A DNA stretch of 64,000 bases from positions 3,700,578-3,764,577 of the forward strand of contig CP136572.1 in assembly GCA_035193785.1 (NCBI GenBank), read 5' to 3'. The DNA is from Planktothrix sp. GU0601_MAG3 (GTDB lineage Bacteria; Cyanobacteriota; Cyanobacteriia; Cyanobacteriales; Microcoleaceae). Under the pieces are notes generated by a model. It saw nothing but the letters and a program-made list of their open reading frames with translations. It made no database searches and was not told where the DNA came from. Position numbers and translations under genes: made by a program. Position 1 is the first letter of the stretch; every line of letters begins with the position of its first letter. Below, in pieces: positions 35,835 through 52,256 of the stretch.

Positions 35835-36235
35835 GGTGATTCGGAGTGCCAACCTTAAAAAACACACACAGAAGCAGATACGGAACAGATAACCGGGACG
35901 AACCTCCACCCCCAGGTCAAACTGACCCTAGTGGAGAATTTCTCCCCCTGGTTTCCTTGCCCATACCCAAACTTTGTATCCTTAAGCGATACTTTAGAGT
36001 TCTAGCCACAGGGGCAACACTCTGGGGATTCATACCGCGTTTATTATAGCACAAAAAGCTATCCTAGATGGTTACGGGGCCTGTCGAAACAAGGACAGAG
36101 CGTTAAACCCGTTTTTTTGCTACAATACAACCGAGTCCATAATTTTTGTGATGCTTCCTGTGGGCAAATAGGAAGTTTAGTTAAATTTGACAAAATAAAT
36201 GTTATATTGGTATGTCTGTAACTTAGTATCTCTAA

Positions 36236-36565
<330 letters not shown>

Positions 36566-36760
36566 CTCATCAGTAATCAGTCAACAGTAATCAGTAATCA
36601 GTTATGAGTCAACAGCTAATAGGAATAGAAATGAGTCGGCGAGGAGGCTGGCACTGTAAAACCAATAACTGATTACGGACGCGCCAATAGCCCAACAGCA
36701 TGGCCTAGTCTCGGCACGTCTTTGTCCCACTGATTGCTGATTCATCTGAGTAAACGGACT

Positions 36761-37547
36761 ATGCAACTGATAGATACCCACGTCCATATCAACTTCAAAG
36801 CGTTGGCATCCGACTTAAAAGCAATTCGGCAAAGATGGCAAGAAGCAGGGGTAGTCCGTTTGGTTCATTCCTGCGTTCATCCTGGAGAATTTCAGGAAAT
36901 ACAGGACATTGCCAATCAAGTCCCCGAACTCAGTTTTGCGGTTGGGTTACATCCCTTAGATGCTAAACTTTGGAGTTCAACTTCGGCCCAAACCATTACC
37001 CAACTCGCCCAATCCGATCATAGAGTCGTTGCCCTTGGCGAAATGGGACTGGATTTTTATAAAGCCGATAACCGAGAACAGCAGATCCTAGTTTTCACCG
37101 AACAACTAGAAATTGCCTATCGTTTGCATAAACCTGTCATTATTCACTGTCGGGAGGCGGCAGAAACCATGATTCCCCTATTAAGGCAATTTTGGCAACA
37201 ACGGGGCAAAGTTTCCGGGGTAATGCACTGTTGGGGAGGAACTCCCGAGGAAACAGCAAGAGTTTCTCGAGTTGGGGCTGTATATCAGTTTTAGCGGAAC
37301 CGTAACCTTTAAAAATGCGATCGCTATTCAGGAATGCGCCCGTCAAGTCCCGTCTGATCGAATTTTAGTCGAAACAGACTGTCCTTTTCTAGCCCCAGTT
37401 CCCCAACGGGGAAAACGCAACGAACCCGCCTTTGTGCTTCACGTTGCCGAAACCGTCGCCCGACTGCGGGATATTTCCCTAGAAACCCTATCTCAGCAAA
37501 CCACAAATAACGCCTGTCAACTCTTTCAGTTAACAGTTAACAGTTAA
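36761..37547 (+). CDS. tatD: TatD family DNase (frameshift at 37250 or 37262)
   Basis: [36 protein letters not shown]. Confidence 0.93.
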
Positions 37548-37730
37548 CAGTTAACAGTTAACAGTGATTCAGTTGAGGAGTGATCAGTTGAGGAGTTAAT
37601 AAATTAACTGTAAACTTCTTAACGATTAACTGATGACTGATGACTGATGACTGATGACTGATTATTGATAGCTGACAACAATGAACTCAATCACTGATAA
37701 CTGATTACTGATAACTGATTACTGATAACT
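37528..37730. repeat. Cluster of heptamer tandem repeats (CAGTTAA, CTGATGA, CTGATAA/CTGATTA)
   Basis: Directly visible arrays between tatD and rpoB. Confidence 0.9.
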
Positions 37731-37735
37731 TATAA

Positions 37736-40700
37736 ATGGCAAGTCTAACCCATAACGAACCCACTTTTTTACTTCCCGACTTAATTGAAATTCAACGGTC
37801 AAGTTTCCGTTGGTTTTTAGAAGCCGGGTTGATTGAAGAATTAGAAAGTTTTTCCCCCATTACCGACTATACAGGGAAACTAGAACTGCATTTTTTAGCC
37901 AAAGACTATAAACTTAAACGTCCTAAATATGACGTTGACGAAGCCAAACGGCGGGATAGTACCTACGCCGTCCAGATGTACGTTCCGACTCGTTTAATTA
38001 ATAAAGAAACTGGAGAAATCAAAGAACAAGAAGTCTTTATTGGGGACTTACCCCTAATGACGGAACGGGGAACTTTTATTATCAATGGGGCTGAACGAGT
38101 TATCGTCAACCAAATTGTCAGAAGTCCCGGGGTTTATTATAAATCTGAAATTGATAAAAACGGCCGACGGACTTATAGTGCCTCCCTAATTCCCAACCGA
38201 GGCGCCTGGTTAAAATTTGAAACCGATAAAAATGACTTAGTGTGGGTCAGAATTGATAAAACCCGCAAACTATCCGCCCAGGTCTTATTAAAAGCCTTGG
38301 GACTCACCAACAACGAAATTTTTGATGCCCTGCGTCACCCCGAATACTTTGAAAAAACCATTGAACGGGAAGGGGAATTTACCGAAGATGACGCCTTAAT
38401 GGAACTGTACCGCAAACTCCGTCCCGGGGAACCCCCGACGGTGGCCGGTGGGGAACAGTTACTTAATAACCGCTTCTTCGATGCCAAACGCTATGACCTG
38501 GGCCGGGTCGGACGTTATAAACTCAATAAAAAACTGCGGCTGACCATTCCCGATACCACCCGGGTGCTAACCTCCGTGGATATTCTCTCGGCGATTGATT
38601 ATTTAATTAACCTAGAATTCGATATCGGCGAAACCGATGATATTGACCACTTAGGAAATCGTCGCGTCCGGTCAGTGGGAGAACTGCTGCAAAACCAAAT
38701 TCGGGTCGGTTTAAACCGCTTAGAAAGAATTATCCGAGAACGGATGACCGTGAGTGATGCCGATGCCTTAACTCCCGCCTCTCTGGTCAACCCCAAACCC
38801 CTAGTAGCTGCCATTAAAGAATTCTTCGGTAGTTCCCAATTATCGCAGTTTATGGATCAGACCAATCCCTTAGCGGAAACTGACCCACAAACGCCGTTTA
38901 TCCGCCCTTGGCCCCGGGGGACTAACCCGGGAACGGGCAGGGTTTGCGGTGCGAGATATTCACCCCAGCCACTACGGACGGATTTGTCCGATTGAAACTC
39001 CAGAAGGGCCAAACGCCGGATTAATCGGGTCTTTGGCAACCTTAGCCCGAGTGAACCCCTACGGATTTATTGCCACTCCCTATAACAAAGTTGAAAACGG
39101 CAAAGTCCGCCGCGACTTACCTGCGGTATACATGACCGCCGACGAAGAAGACGATTTACGGGTAGCCCCAGGGGATATTAGAACCGATGCCGAGGGGACG
39201 ATTTTAGGGGAGATTGTTCCGGTACGTTATCGCCAGGAGTTCACCACCACAACTCCCATGCAGGTAGACTATGCCGCGGTATCTCCGGTACAGATTGTTT
39301 CCGTCGCCACCTCCTTGATTCCCTTCTTGGAACACGACGACGCCAACCGAGCCTTGATGGGGTCTAATATGCAACGGCAAGCCGTCCCCCTGCTCCGTCC
39401 ACAACGGCCCCTAGTGGGAACCGGACTGGAAGCTCAAGCCGCCCGGGATAGCGGGATGGTGATTGTCTCCCGTACCGATGGAGAAGTCAGCTATATTGAT
39501 GGGTCTTGTATCCGGGTCATGGATACCACGGGCAAAGAACATGAATATGAGTTACAAAAATATCAACGTTCAAACCAAGATACTTGTTTAAACCAGCGTC
39601 CGTTGGTTTATGAAGGAGATCAGGTGGTGGCGGGTCAGGTGTTAGCCGATGGTTCCTCCACCGAAGGGGCTGAACTGGCTTTAGGTCATAATATCCTAGT
39701 AACTTATATGCCCTGGGAGGGATATAACTACGAAGACGCGATTTTAATTAGTGAGCGTTTAGTCCAAGAGGATATTTACACCTCCATCCACGTTGAAAAA
39801 TACGAAATTGAGGCCCGACAAACCAAACTTGGCCCAGAAGAAATTACCCGGGAAATTCCCAACGTCGGGGAAGATTCCCTGCGTCAATTGGATGGGAATG
39901 GGATTATCCGAGTCGGGGCTTGGGTGGAATCGGGGGATATTTTAGTCGGGAAAGTCACCCCCAAAGGGGAATCCGACCAACCCCCGGAAGAAAAATTACT
40001 GCGGGCAATTTTCGGCGAAAAAGCCCGGGATGTGCGGGATAACTCCCTACGGGTTCCCAACGGAGAAAAAGGTCGGGTGGTAGATGTGCGCGTCTTTACC
40101 CGGGAACAGGGGGATGAGTTACCGCCTGGGGCGAATATGGTAGTGCGGGTTTATGTGGCGCAAAAACGCAAAATCCAAGTCGGGGACAAAATGGCTGGAC
40201 GCCACGGGAATAAAGGGATTGTGTCTCGGATTCTGCCGATTGAGGATATGCCCTATTTGCCCGATGGTCGGGCCGTGGATATTGTTCTCAATCCCCTGGG
40301 TGTACCCAGTCGGATGAACGTTGGCCAAATCTTTGAATGTTTATTAGGGTGGGCGGGTCAAAACCTGAAAAAACGCTTCAAAGTGGTTCCCTTTGATGAA
40401 ATGCACGGCCCGGAAATGTCCCGGGAAACTGTACACGGGAAGTTAAAAGAAGCCCGAGAGAAAACCAAGAAAGATTGGTTATTTAACGACAATTATCCCG
40501 GGAAAAGCATCGTTTATGACGGCCGTACCGGAGAACCCTTTGACCAACCCGTCACCGTGGGGATTGCCTATATGTTGAAACTGGTTCACTTGGTTGATGA
40601 TAAGATTCACGCCCGGTCTACTGGCCCCTATTCTTTGGTGACGCAGCAACCCTTGGGAGGAAAAGCCCAACAGGGGGGACAAAGGTTTGGAGAAATGGAG

Positions 40701-41051
40701 GTTTGGGCCTTGGAAGCCTTCGGAGCCGCCTATACCTTGCAGGAGTTGTTAACGGTCAAATCCGACGATATGCAGGGACGCAACGAAGCCCTCAACGCTA
40801 TTGTTAAGGGTAAGGCCATTCCCCGTCCTGGGACACCGGAATCCTTCAAGGTGTTGATGCGAGAGTTGCAGTCCTTGTGTTTGGATATTGCGGTGCATAA
40901 AGTGGAAACCACCGACGAAGGTGGAAGCCGAGATGTGGAAGTAGACCTGATGGCTGATATTCCAGCTACCCGGATGACCTACACCTCTAATAATTTTGCC
41001 CCCGCTAAACCTACTTATGATTTAAGTAGTTCAGTCGAAGAAGACGAATAA
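37736..41051 (+). CDS. rpoB: RNA polymerase beta subunit (frameshift at 38876)
   Basis: [54 protein letters not shown]. Confidence 0.99.
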
Positions 41052-41052
41052 T

Positions 41053-41180
41053 CAGTTATCAGTGTAGAGACGTGCCATGGCGCGTCTGTACCAGTTATCA
41101 GTGTAGAGACGTGCCATGGCGCGTCTGTACCAGTTATCAGTGTAGAGACGTGCCATGGCGCGTCTGTACCAGTTATCAGT
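41053..41180. repeat. Three identical tandem 39-nt units containing a REP-like palindrome
   Basis: (CAGTTATCAGTGTAGAGACGTGCCATGGCGCGTCTGTAC)x3; single related copies at ~28905-28930, 48061-48087 and 49745-49772. Confidence 0.92.
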
Positions 41181-41235
41181 TGAATTCCTTAATATTCTCT
41201 GTTCCCTGTTCCCTATTCCCTGTTCCCTGAATAAA

Positions 41236-43133
41236 ATGGCTAAAATTGAACAACGATTTGATTACGTTAAAATTGGAATCGCATCTCCAGAACGCATTCG
41301 GCAGTGGGGAGAAAGAACCCTACCCAATGGTCAAGTGGTTGGAGAAGTTACCAAACCTGAAACCATCAATTACAGAAACCCTGAAACCAGAGATGGACGG
41401 GCTATTTTGTGAACGAATTTTTGGCCCGGCAAAGGATTGGGAATGTCATTGTGGGAAATATAAACGGGTCAGACATCGTGGAATTGTTTGTGAACGCTGT
41501 GGGGTAGAGGTAACAGAATCTCGGGTTCGTCGTCACCGGATGGGTTTTATTAAACTAGCTGCTCCTGTTACCCATGTTTGGTATCTCAAAGGCATTCCTA
41601 GTTATATGGCTATTTTATTAGATATGCCATTGCGGGATGTGGAACAGGTCGTTTATTTTAACGCCTATGTCGTGTTAAATCCGGGTAACTATGACGGCCT
41701 ATCCTATAAACAGTTATTAACCGAAGATACCTGGTTAGAAATTGAAGACCAAATTTATAGTGAAGATTCCACATTAACCGGAATTGAAGTGGGAATTGGA
41801 GCCGAAGCCATTTCCCGTTTACTCGAAGATATTCCCTTAGAAGAAGAAGCCGAAAGGTTACGCGAAGAAATTGCCGTTGCTAAGGGACAAAAACGCGCCA
41901 AATTAATTAAACGATTGCGGGTAATTGATAATTTTGTGGCGACGGGTTCCAAACCGGATTGGATGGTTTTGAATGTGATTCCCGTCATTCCTCCCGATTT
42001 ACGGCCAATGGTGCAGTTAGATGGGGGTCGATTTGCCACCTCCGACTTAAACGACCTATATCGTCGGGTGATTAACCGGAATAATCGGTTAGCCCGGTTG
42101 CAGGAAATTCTCGCTCCAGAAATTATTATCCGTAACGAAAAACGGATGTTACAGGAAGCCGTTGATGCCTTAATTGATAACGGTCGCCGAGGTCGGACGG
42201 TGGTGGGGGCGAATAATCGACCCTTAAAATCCCTCTCCGATATTATCGAAGGAAAACAAGGACGATTCCGTCAAAACCTATTAGGAAAACGGGTCGATTA
42301 TTCTGGACGTTCCGTGATTGTGGTGGGGCCAAAATTAAGAATGCACCAGTGCGGTTTACCCCGGGAAATGGCAATTGAATTGTTCCAACCCTTTGTGATT
42401 AACCGCCTAATTCGTCAAGGATTAGTTAACAATATTAAAGCGGCGAAAAAACTGATTCAACGGAATGATGCCAGTATTTGGGAGGTCTTACAAGAAGTCA
42501 TCCAAGGACATCCGGTGATGCTAAACCGCGCCCCAACCTTGCACCGTTTAGGGATTCAAGCCTTTGAACCGATTTTAGTCGATGGTCGGGCAATTCAACT
42601 GCATCCGTTAGTTTGTCCCGCCTTTAACGCTGACTTTGACGGTGACCAAATGGCCGTTTCACGTCCCCCTGTCGATTGAATCCCAGGCTGAAGCTCGGTT
42701 ATTGATGTTAGCCTCGAATAATATCCTATCCCCAGCTACGGGTAGACCGATTGTGACACCTAGTCAAGATATGGTGTTGGGATGTTATTATTTAACCGCA
42801 GAAAACCCTAAATTAGAGGATCAAAGTCACCGCTATTTTGCTGATTTGGAAGATGTAATCCTAGCCTATAAACAGGGCGCTTTGGGTTTACATTCATACA
42901 TTATGGTGCGATTTGATGGAGAAATTTTATCGGATGAAACAGAACAGATAGGGGTCGAACATAAAGACGACTTAACTGGAGCCATCACTAAAACCTATGT
43001 GGGCAAAAAAACCGGGAAACTCATGCGACGAGTGCGAGAAGACTCCGAGGGTAATATTCTAGCTCAATATATCCGTACTACCCCGGGACGTGTCATTTTC
43101 AATAAAACCGTTCAAGACACCTTAATTCAATAG
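41236..43133 (+). CDS. rpoC1: RNA polymerase gamma subunit (frameshifts at 41375 and 42656)
   Basis: [35 protein letters not shown]. Confidence 0.99.
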
Positions 43134-43136
43134 GTA

Positions 43137-43206
43137 ATGGGGATCACGGATTTAAGAGGATTTCACGGATTTCACGGATTTTAGTCTGTTTTAACCTGCG
43201 TAATTC
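43137..43206. repeat. ~70-nt dispersed repeat (CACGGATTT-type), inverted copy at 56151-56220
   Basis: ATGGGGATCACGGATTTAAGAGGATTTCACGGATTTCACGGATTTTA matches the reverse complement of the 3' part of 56151-56220. Confidence 0.85.
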
Positions 43207-43262
43207 TATTAAATCTGTGATCGGTAACAGGTAATGGTTAAGAATTAACTGATAACTAATAA

Positions 43263-48046
<4,784 letters not shown>

Positions 48047-48150
48047 AATCAGTCATCGGTGTAGAGACGTGCCATGGCGCGTCTCTGGCAGTCATCGGTA
48101 TTTCAATAAGTCCAAATACAAATCCCCTACTTTTAAGTGTGGGGATTTCC

Positions 48151-48245
48151 GCATTACCCATTACCCTGTTACTGAGCGAAGTCGAAGTATTACCCATTAC
48201 CTATTACCCATTACCCATTACCTATTACCTATTCCCTATTCCCTA
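48151..48245. repeat. Heptamer repeats (TTACCCA/TTACCTA/TTCCCTA)
   Basis: Directly visible. Confidence 0.8.
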
Positions 48246-48436
48246 TGTCCGAAACCATTAAACTCGATCAATTTCTAAAATTTATGGGTGAAGTTTCCAC
48301 CGGGGGACAAGCCAAAATCCTAATTAAATATGGTGATGTTGAAGTCAATGGTGAGGTGGAAACTCGCCGGGGACGAAAGTTAGTCACCGGGGATAAAGTA
48401 TTAGTTAATGGAAAAACCTTAACCGTTAATTTATAA
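48245..48436 (+). CDS. S4-like RNA-binding protein (YaaA/YbcJ family)
   Basis: IKLDQFLK..G...TGGQAK..I..G.V.VNGEVETRRGRKL..GD. Confidence 0.92.
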   Translation: MSETIKLDQFLKFMGEVSTGGQAKILIKYGDVEVNGEVETRRGRKLVTGDKVLVNGKTLTVNL

Positions 48437-48994
48437 AATAGATAACATCACTTGACCATTGGGCATAATCGTATTGCAAATAACCGCATCCTCACCATTA
48501 AATCCGACGGAATCGGTTAGGTTAGCATCGGTTAAATTAGCTGATTTGAAATTTGCCTTGTGTAAATCGGTATCGCGTAAATCTGCCCCCACTAACCAAG
48601 CATTTTCCAAATTACATTCATATAGCGTTGCATCGCTTAAATCGGCTTGATAAAGATTAGTATAACTTAAATCGGCTTGAGTTAAATTGGCTCCATTGAG
48701 ATTGGCATGGGAGAGATTAGCCCCCATTATTTGGGTACTATATAAACTGGTTTGTTGCAAGATAGTATAACTCAAATTTGCCCCCATTAAGTTAGCACCC
48801 CGCAACGAAGCTCGACTCAAATTTGCGTAACTGAGATTCGCCCCACTCAAATCCGCCCCAATAAAAACTAACTTACTTAGATCACAAGTTTGCAAATCTG
48901 CACCCCTTAAATCCACCCCTTTAAAACTCCATTCTCCTTTTGCCTTTCGCTGCAATAATTCCAACCCATCCATAATATTCAGCCTAAATCCCAT
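48431..48994 (-). CDS. Pentapeptide repeat protein
   Basis: A(D/N)LSx repeats throughout. Confidence 0.92.
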   Translation of the reverse strand: MGFRLNIMDGLELLQRKAKGEWSFKGVDLRGADLQTCDLSKLVFIGADLSGANLSYANLSRASLRGANLMGANLSYTILQQTSLYSTQIMGANLSHANLNGANLTQADLSYTNLYQADLSDATLYECNLENAWLVGADLRDTDLHKANFKSANLTDANLTDSVGFNGEDAVICNTIMPNGQVMLSIL

Positions 48995-49321
48995 TCATTT
49001 CATTTTGTCTGATGAATTGCTAATTTAGACCATCTAAATCTTGTAATTTATACTTCCCCAAGTCTACCATAACAAATCTTGATTTGCCCTAGTATGTCAA
49101 AAAGCAAAAAAACTAAGGTGATTCCATCTCTGTTAACCACTAAGAATTAAAGTTAGATGTTAAGAATCCCTGAAAAAATAAAGAATTAAGTATTTTTGAT
49201 GCCGAATATTTGACAGAATGTAAAGTTAAATTACAACTGTGATTAAAATGTTGAGAAATTTTCCAAAATTGGATCAATCCCTTAACCTGGAAGTTTAAAG
49301 TAATATTACAAGAGAGAACCA

Positions 49322-49612
49322 ATGCAAGATCTGAAAAAGTATCGTATTCGATGCACACTAACCTATGGCGATATCTATAGCCAAATCATCGTTTGGTTAA
49401 TTGTCATCTTTATCGCCTTAGCAACTTCCCTGGCCCTGTGGAGTACAACCCGTCAAATTTATGCCTTAGCAACGGTTGGCCTAATTGTTGTGCTGTCTTT
49501 ACCTTTCCTGCTCTTTGCATTCGTCACCACTTTATTTAACCATATTGAAATTCTATCCGTAGACCCCTTGATTGAAGACGAACCCAGTCGTGCTGAATTT
49601 CCAGCTTCCTAA
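49322..49612 (+). CDS. Small two-TM hypothetical membrane protein
   Basis: ATG-started ORF with two hydrophobic segments. Confidence 0.7.
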   Translation: MQDLKKYRIRCTLTYGDIYSQIIVWLIVIFIALATSLALWSTTRQIYALATVGLIVVLSLPFLLFAFVTTLFNHIEILSVDPLIEDEPSRAEFPAS

Positions 49613-49659
49613 ACAGCACAAGTTAGTCAGTTATCAGTTAATAGTTAAGAAGTTTACAC

Positions 49660-49841
49660 CGGAACAGGGAACAGGGAACAGGGAAACAGGGAATAGGGAA
49701 TAGTAAAGAATTCAGCAGTTGGTTAACTCCTCAACTGATAACTGGTACAGACGCGCCATGGCACGTCTCTACACTGATGACTGATGACTCCTGAACTGAT
49801 AACTGATAATTGATAATTGATAACTGATAACTGATAACTGA
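49660..49841. repeat. Mixed repeat cluster (GGGAACA, inverted REP unit, CTGATAA)
   Basis: Directly visible upstream of sdhA. Confidence 0.85.
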
Positions 49842-49847
49842 TTTAAG

Positions 49848-51575
49848 ATGCTAGAACATGATGTGATTATTGTTGGGGGCGGGTTGGCAGGATGTCGGGC
49901 GGCGGTAGAAATTGCCCGCACTAACCCTAGCCTAAATATTGCCATTGTTGCCAAAACTCACCCCATCCGTTCCCATTCCGTAGCTGCCCAGGGGGGTATT
50001 GCTGCTACTTTAAAAAATATTGATGAAAATGATAGTTGGCAAGCCCATGCCTTTGATACCGTCAAGGGTTCAGACTATTTAGCTGATCAGGATGCGGTCG
50101 AAATTTTAGCCAAAGAAGCCCCGGATGTGATTATTGATTTAGAACATTTAGGGGTATTATTTTCCCGCCTTCCCGATGGCCGTATTGCTCAACGGGCTTT
50201 TGGGGGTCATTCCCATAACCGCACCTGTTACGCCGCCGATAAAACTGGTCATGCCATTTTACACGAACTGGTAAGTAACCTGCGACGCTATGGTGTCCAT
50301 ATCTATGATGAATGGTACGTCCTGCGCCTAATCTTAGAAGACGGACAGGCGAAGGGTGTGGTGATGTTCCAGATTAATGACGGACAGTTAACCGTTGTGC
50401 GGGCCAAGGCGGTGATGTTCGCCACGGGGGGATACGGTCGGGCATTTAATACCACTTCCAATGATTACGCCTCAACGGGGGACGGGCTGGCGATGGCAGC
50501 AATGGCCGGAGTTCCCCTGCAAGATATGGAGTTTGTCCAGTTCCATCCTACGGGATTATATCCGGTGGGGGTATTAATTTCCGAGGCTGTGCGGGGGGAA
50601 GGAGCCTATTTAATTAATAGTAATGGGGAACGGTTCATGGCGACATACGCCCCGAGTCGGATGGAATTAGCCCCTAGGGATATTACCTCTCGGGCGATTA
50701 CTTTAGAACTGCGGGCGGGGCGAGGAATTCACCCCGATGGTAGTGCCGGGGGGCCCTATATTTATCTGGATTTGCGACATTTGGGACGGGAAAAAATTAT
50801 GAGTCGGATTCCCTTTTGTTGGGAAGAAGCGCACCGTTTATTAGGAATTGATGCGGCGGTGGAACCGATGCCTGTGCGTCCCACCGTTCACTATTCTATG
50901 GGGGGGATTCCGACTAATATTGATGGGCAAGTTTTAAGCGGTATTGATAGTTTTGTGGATGGATTATTTGCCGCCGGGGAAGCCGCCTGCGTGTCGGTAC
51001 ATGGGGCTAATCGTTTAGGCAGTAATTCCCTATTAGAATGTGTGGTTTATGGAAAAAGAACCGGGGCGGCTATTGCCCAATTTGTCCAAAATCGCAAGTT
51101 ACCAACAATTGATGAACAGCTTTATTTGAAAGAGGCTGCATTGCAATTACAAGAGTTATTAGACCAGTCTGGAGACTATCGAATTGGGAAACTGCGCCAA
51201 GAGTTCCAAGATGCTATGACTTCCCATTGTGGTGTGTTTAGAACCGATAATATTATGCAGGAAGGGTTAGGTCAAATTCAAGAATTGCAAAATCGTTATC
51301 AACGTATTTATTTAGATGATAAAGGCAAATGTTGGAATACGGAATTAATTGAAGCGTTGGAGTTAAAAAATATTATGATTGTGGGAAATATGATTTTAAC
51401 TTCTGCCTTAAACCGCCAAGAAAGTCGAGGTGCCCATAGTCGAGAAGATTATCCGCAACGCAATGATGAAACGTTCCTAAAACATACTTTAGCCTATTAT
51501 TCTCCTGCGGGGATTGATTTAGCCTATCGTCCGGTAAAAATTACCCTATTTGAACCCCAAGAACGCAAATATTAA
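49848..51575 (+). CDS. sdhA: Succinate dehydrogenase flavoprotein subunit
   Basis: [52 protein letters not shown]. Confidence 0.96.
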   Translation: MLEHDVIIVGGGLAGCRAAVEIARTNPSLNIAIVAKTHPIRSHSVAAQGGIAATLKNIDENDSWQAHAFDTVKGSDYLADQDAVEILAKEAPDVIIDLEHLGVLFSRLPDGRIAQRAFGGHSHNRTCYAADKTGHAILHELVSNLRRYGVHIYDEWYVLRLILEDGQAKGVVMFQINDGQLTVVRAKAVMFATGGYGRAFNTTSNDYASTGDGLAMAAMAGVPLQDMEFVQFHPTGLYPVGVLISEAVRGEGAYLINSNGERFMATYAPSRMELAPRDITSRAITLELRAGRGIHPDGSAGGPYIYLDLRHLGREKIMSRIPFCWEEAHRLLGIDAAVEPMPVRPTVHYSMGGIPTNIDGQVLSGIDSFVDGLFAAGEAACVSVHGANRLGSNSLLECVVYGKRTGAAIAQFVQNRKLPTIDEQLYLKEAALQLQELLDQSGDYRIGKLRQEFQDAMTSHCGVFRTDNIMQEGLGQIQELQNRYQRIYLDDKGKCWNTELIEALELKNIMIVGNMILTSALNRQESRGAHSREDYPQRNDETFLKHTLAYYSPAGIDLAYRPVKITLFEPQERKY

Positions 51576-51696
51576 GTAGTGAGGCGTTCACGCCTCCTAG
51601 CCCTAAAGGGCTTACTACAAATAAAGGCGATCGCATTTCCTTCAATCCTAAATTGCTATAATAACAATCGGCCCAAAAATATCAACATCAAGCATA

Positions 51697-51927
51697 ATGT
51701 CTACTTATAGCGAGGTACTGAGTCAGGCTCAAAATCTCACTCCTGACGAGCAACAACAACTTTTAGAAGTATTGTCAGCATTGATGCGCGATCGGGTAAT
51801 AACCGAGACTCAACATAGCAGTGAAAGATTACCTGGAAAAAATTTAAAGAGATGGCGCGGTTTTTTGCCGTATCGTGTGGATGCTTTGGAATTCCAGTTG
51901 CAAATTAGAAAAGAATGGGATGATTAA
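51697..51927 (+). CDS. Putative antitoxin
   Basis: 76 aa ending DALEFQLQIRKEWD, overlapping a PIN-domain ORF. Confidence 0.65.
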   Translation: MSTYSEVLSQAQNLTPDEQQQLLEVLSALMRDRVITETQHSSERLPGKNLKRWRGFLPYRVDALEFQLQIRKEWDD

Positions 51928-52123
51928 TAAATATCTTCTCGATACCAACATTCTGATTTACTACTTCAATGATGGGTCAGAAGTTCAGCCTATATTTGAT
52001 GAAATTGAAGTTAAAGATGCAGAGGCATTTTACTGTCCGATTAGTTGGGTAGAGTTACTAAAATATTGGTGGGGTTGGGCGGGTTTATTAAGATTTTCTG
52101 TGAGATTTGAAAGATTTTGTTGA
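51920..52123 (+). pseudogene. Truncated VapC/PIN toxin
   Basis: YLLDTNILIY...ISWVELL PIN N-terminus; after ~47 aa the frame runs into REP-like sequence. Confidence 0.75.
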
Positions 52124-52236
52124 ACCCGCCCCTACAAATTTTGTGGAATGTAGGGGCGGGTTTCAAGTCAATTTTTGTGATGATCATTAACCCAAATAAA
52201 CCCGCCCTGTCTGTCCACAAATGCAGGGGCGGGTTG
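52076..52236. repeat. GGGCGGGTT...AACCCGCCC(CTAC) REP-like cluster
   Basis: Two inverted-repeat pairs and a partial third. Confidence 0.75.
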
Positions 52237-52256
52237 TCTGGGAACGAGAAGAAAAG

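Noticed and set aside
41053..41180. Mini CRISPR array
   Set aside because: The units are identical and contiguous, with no unique spacers
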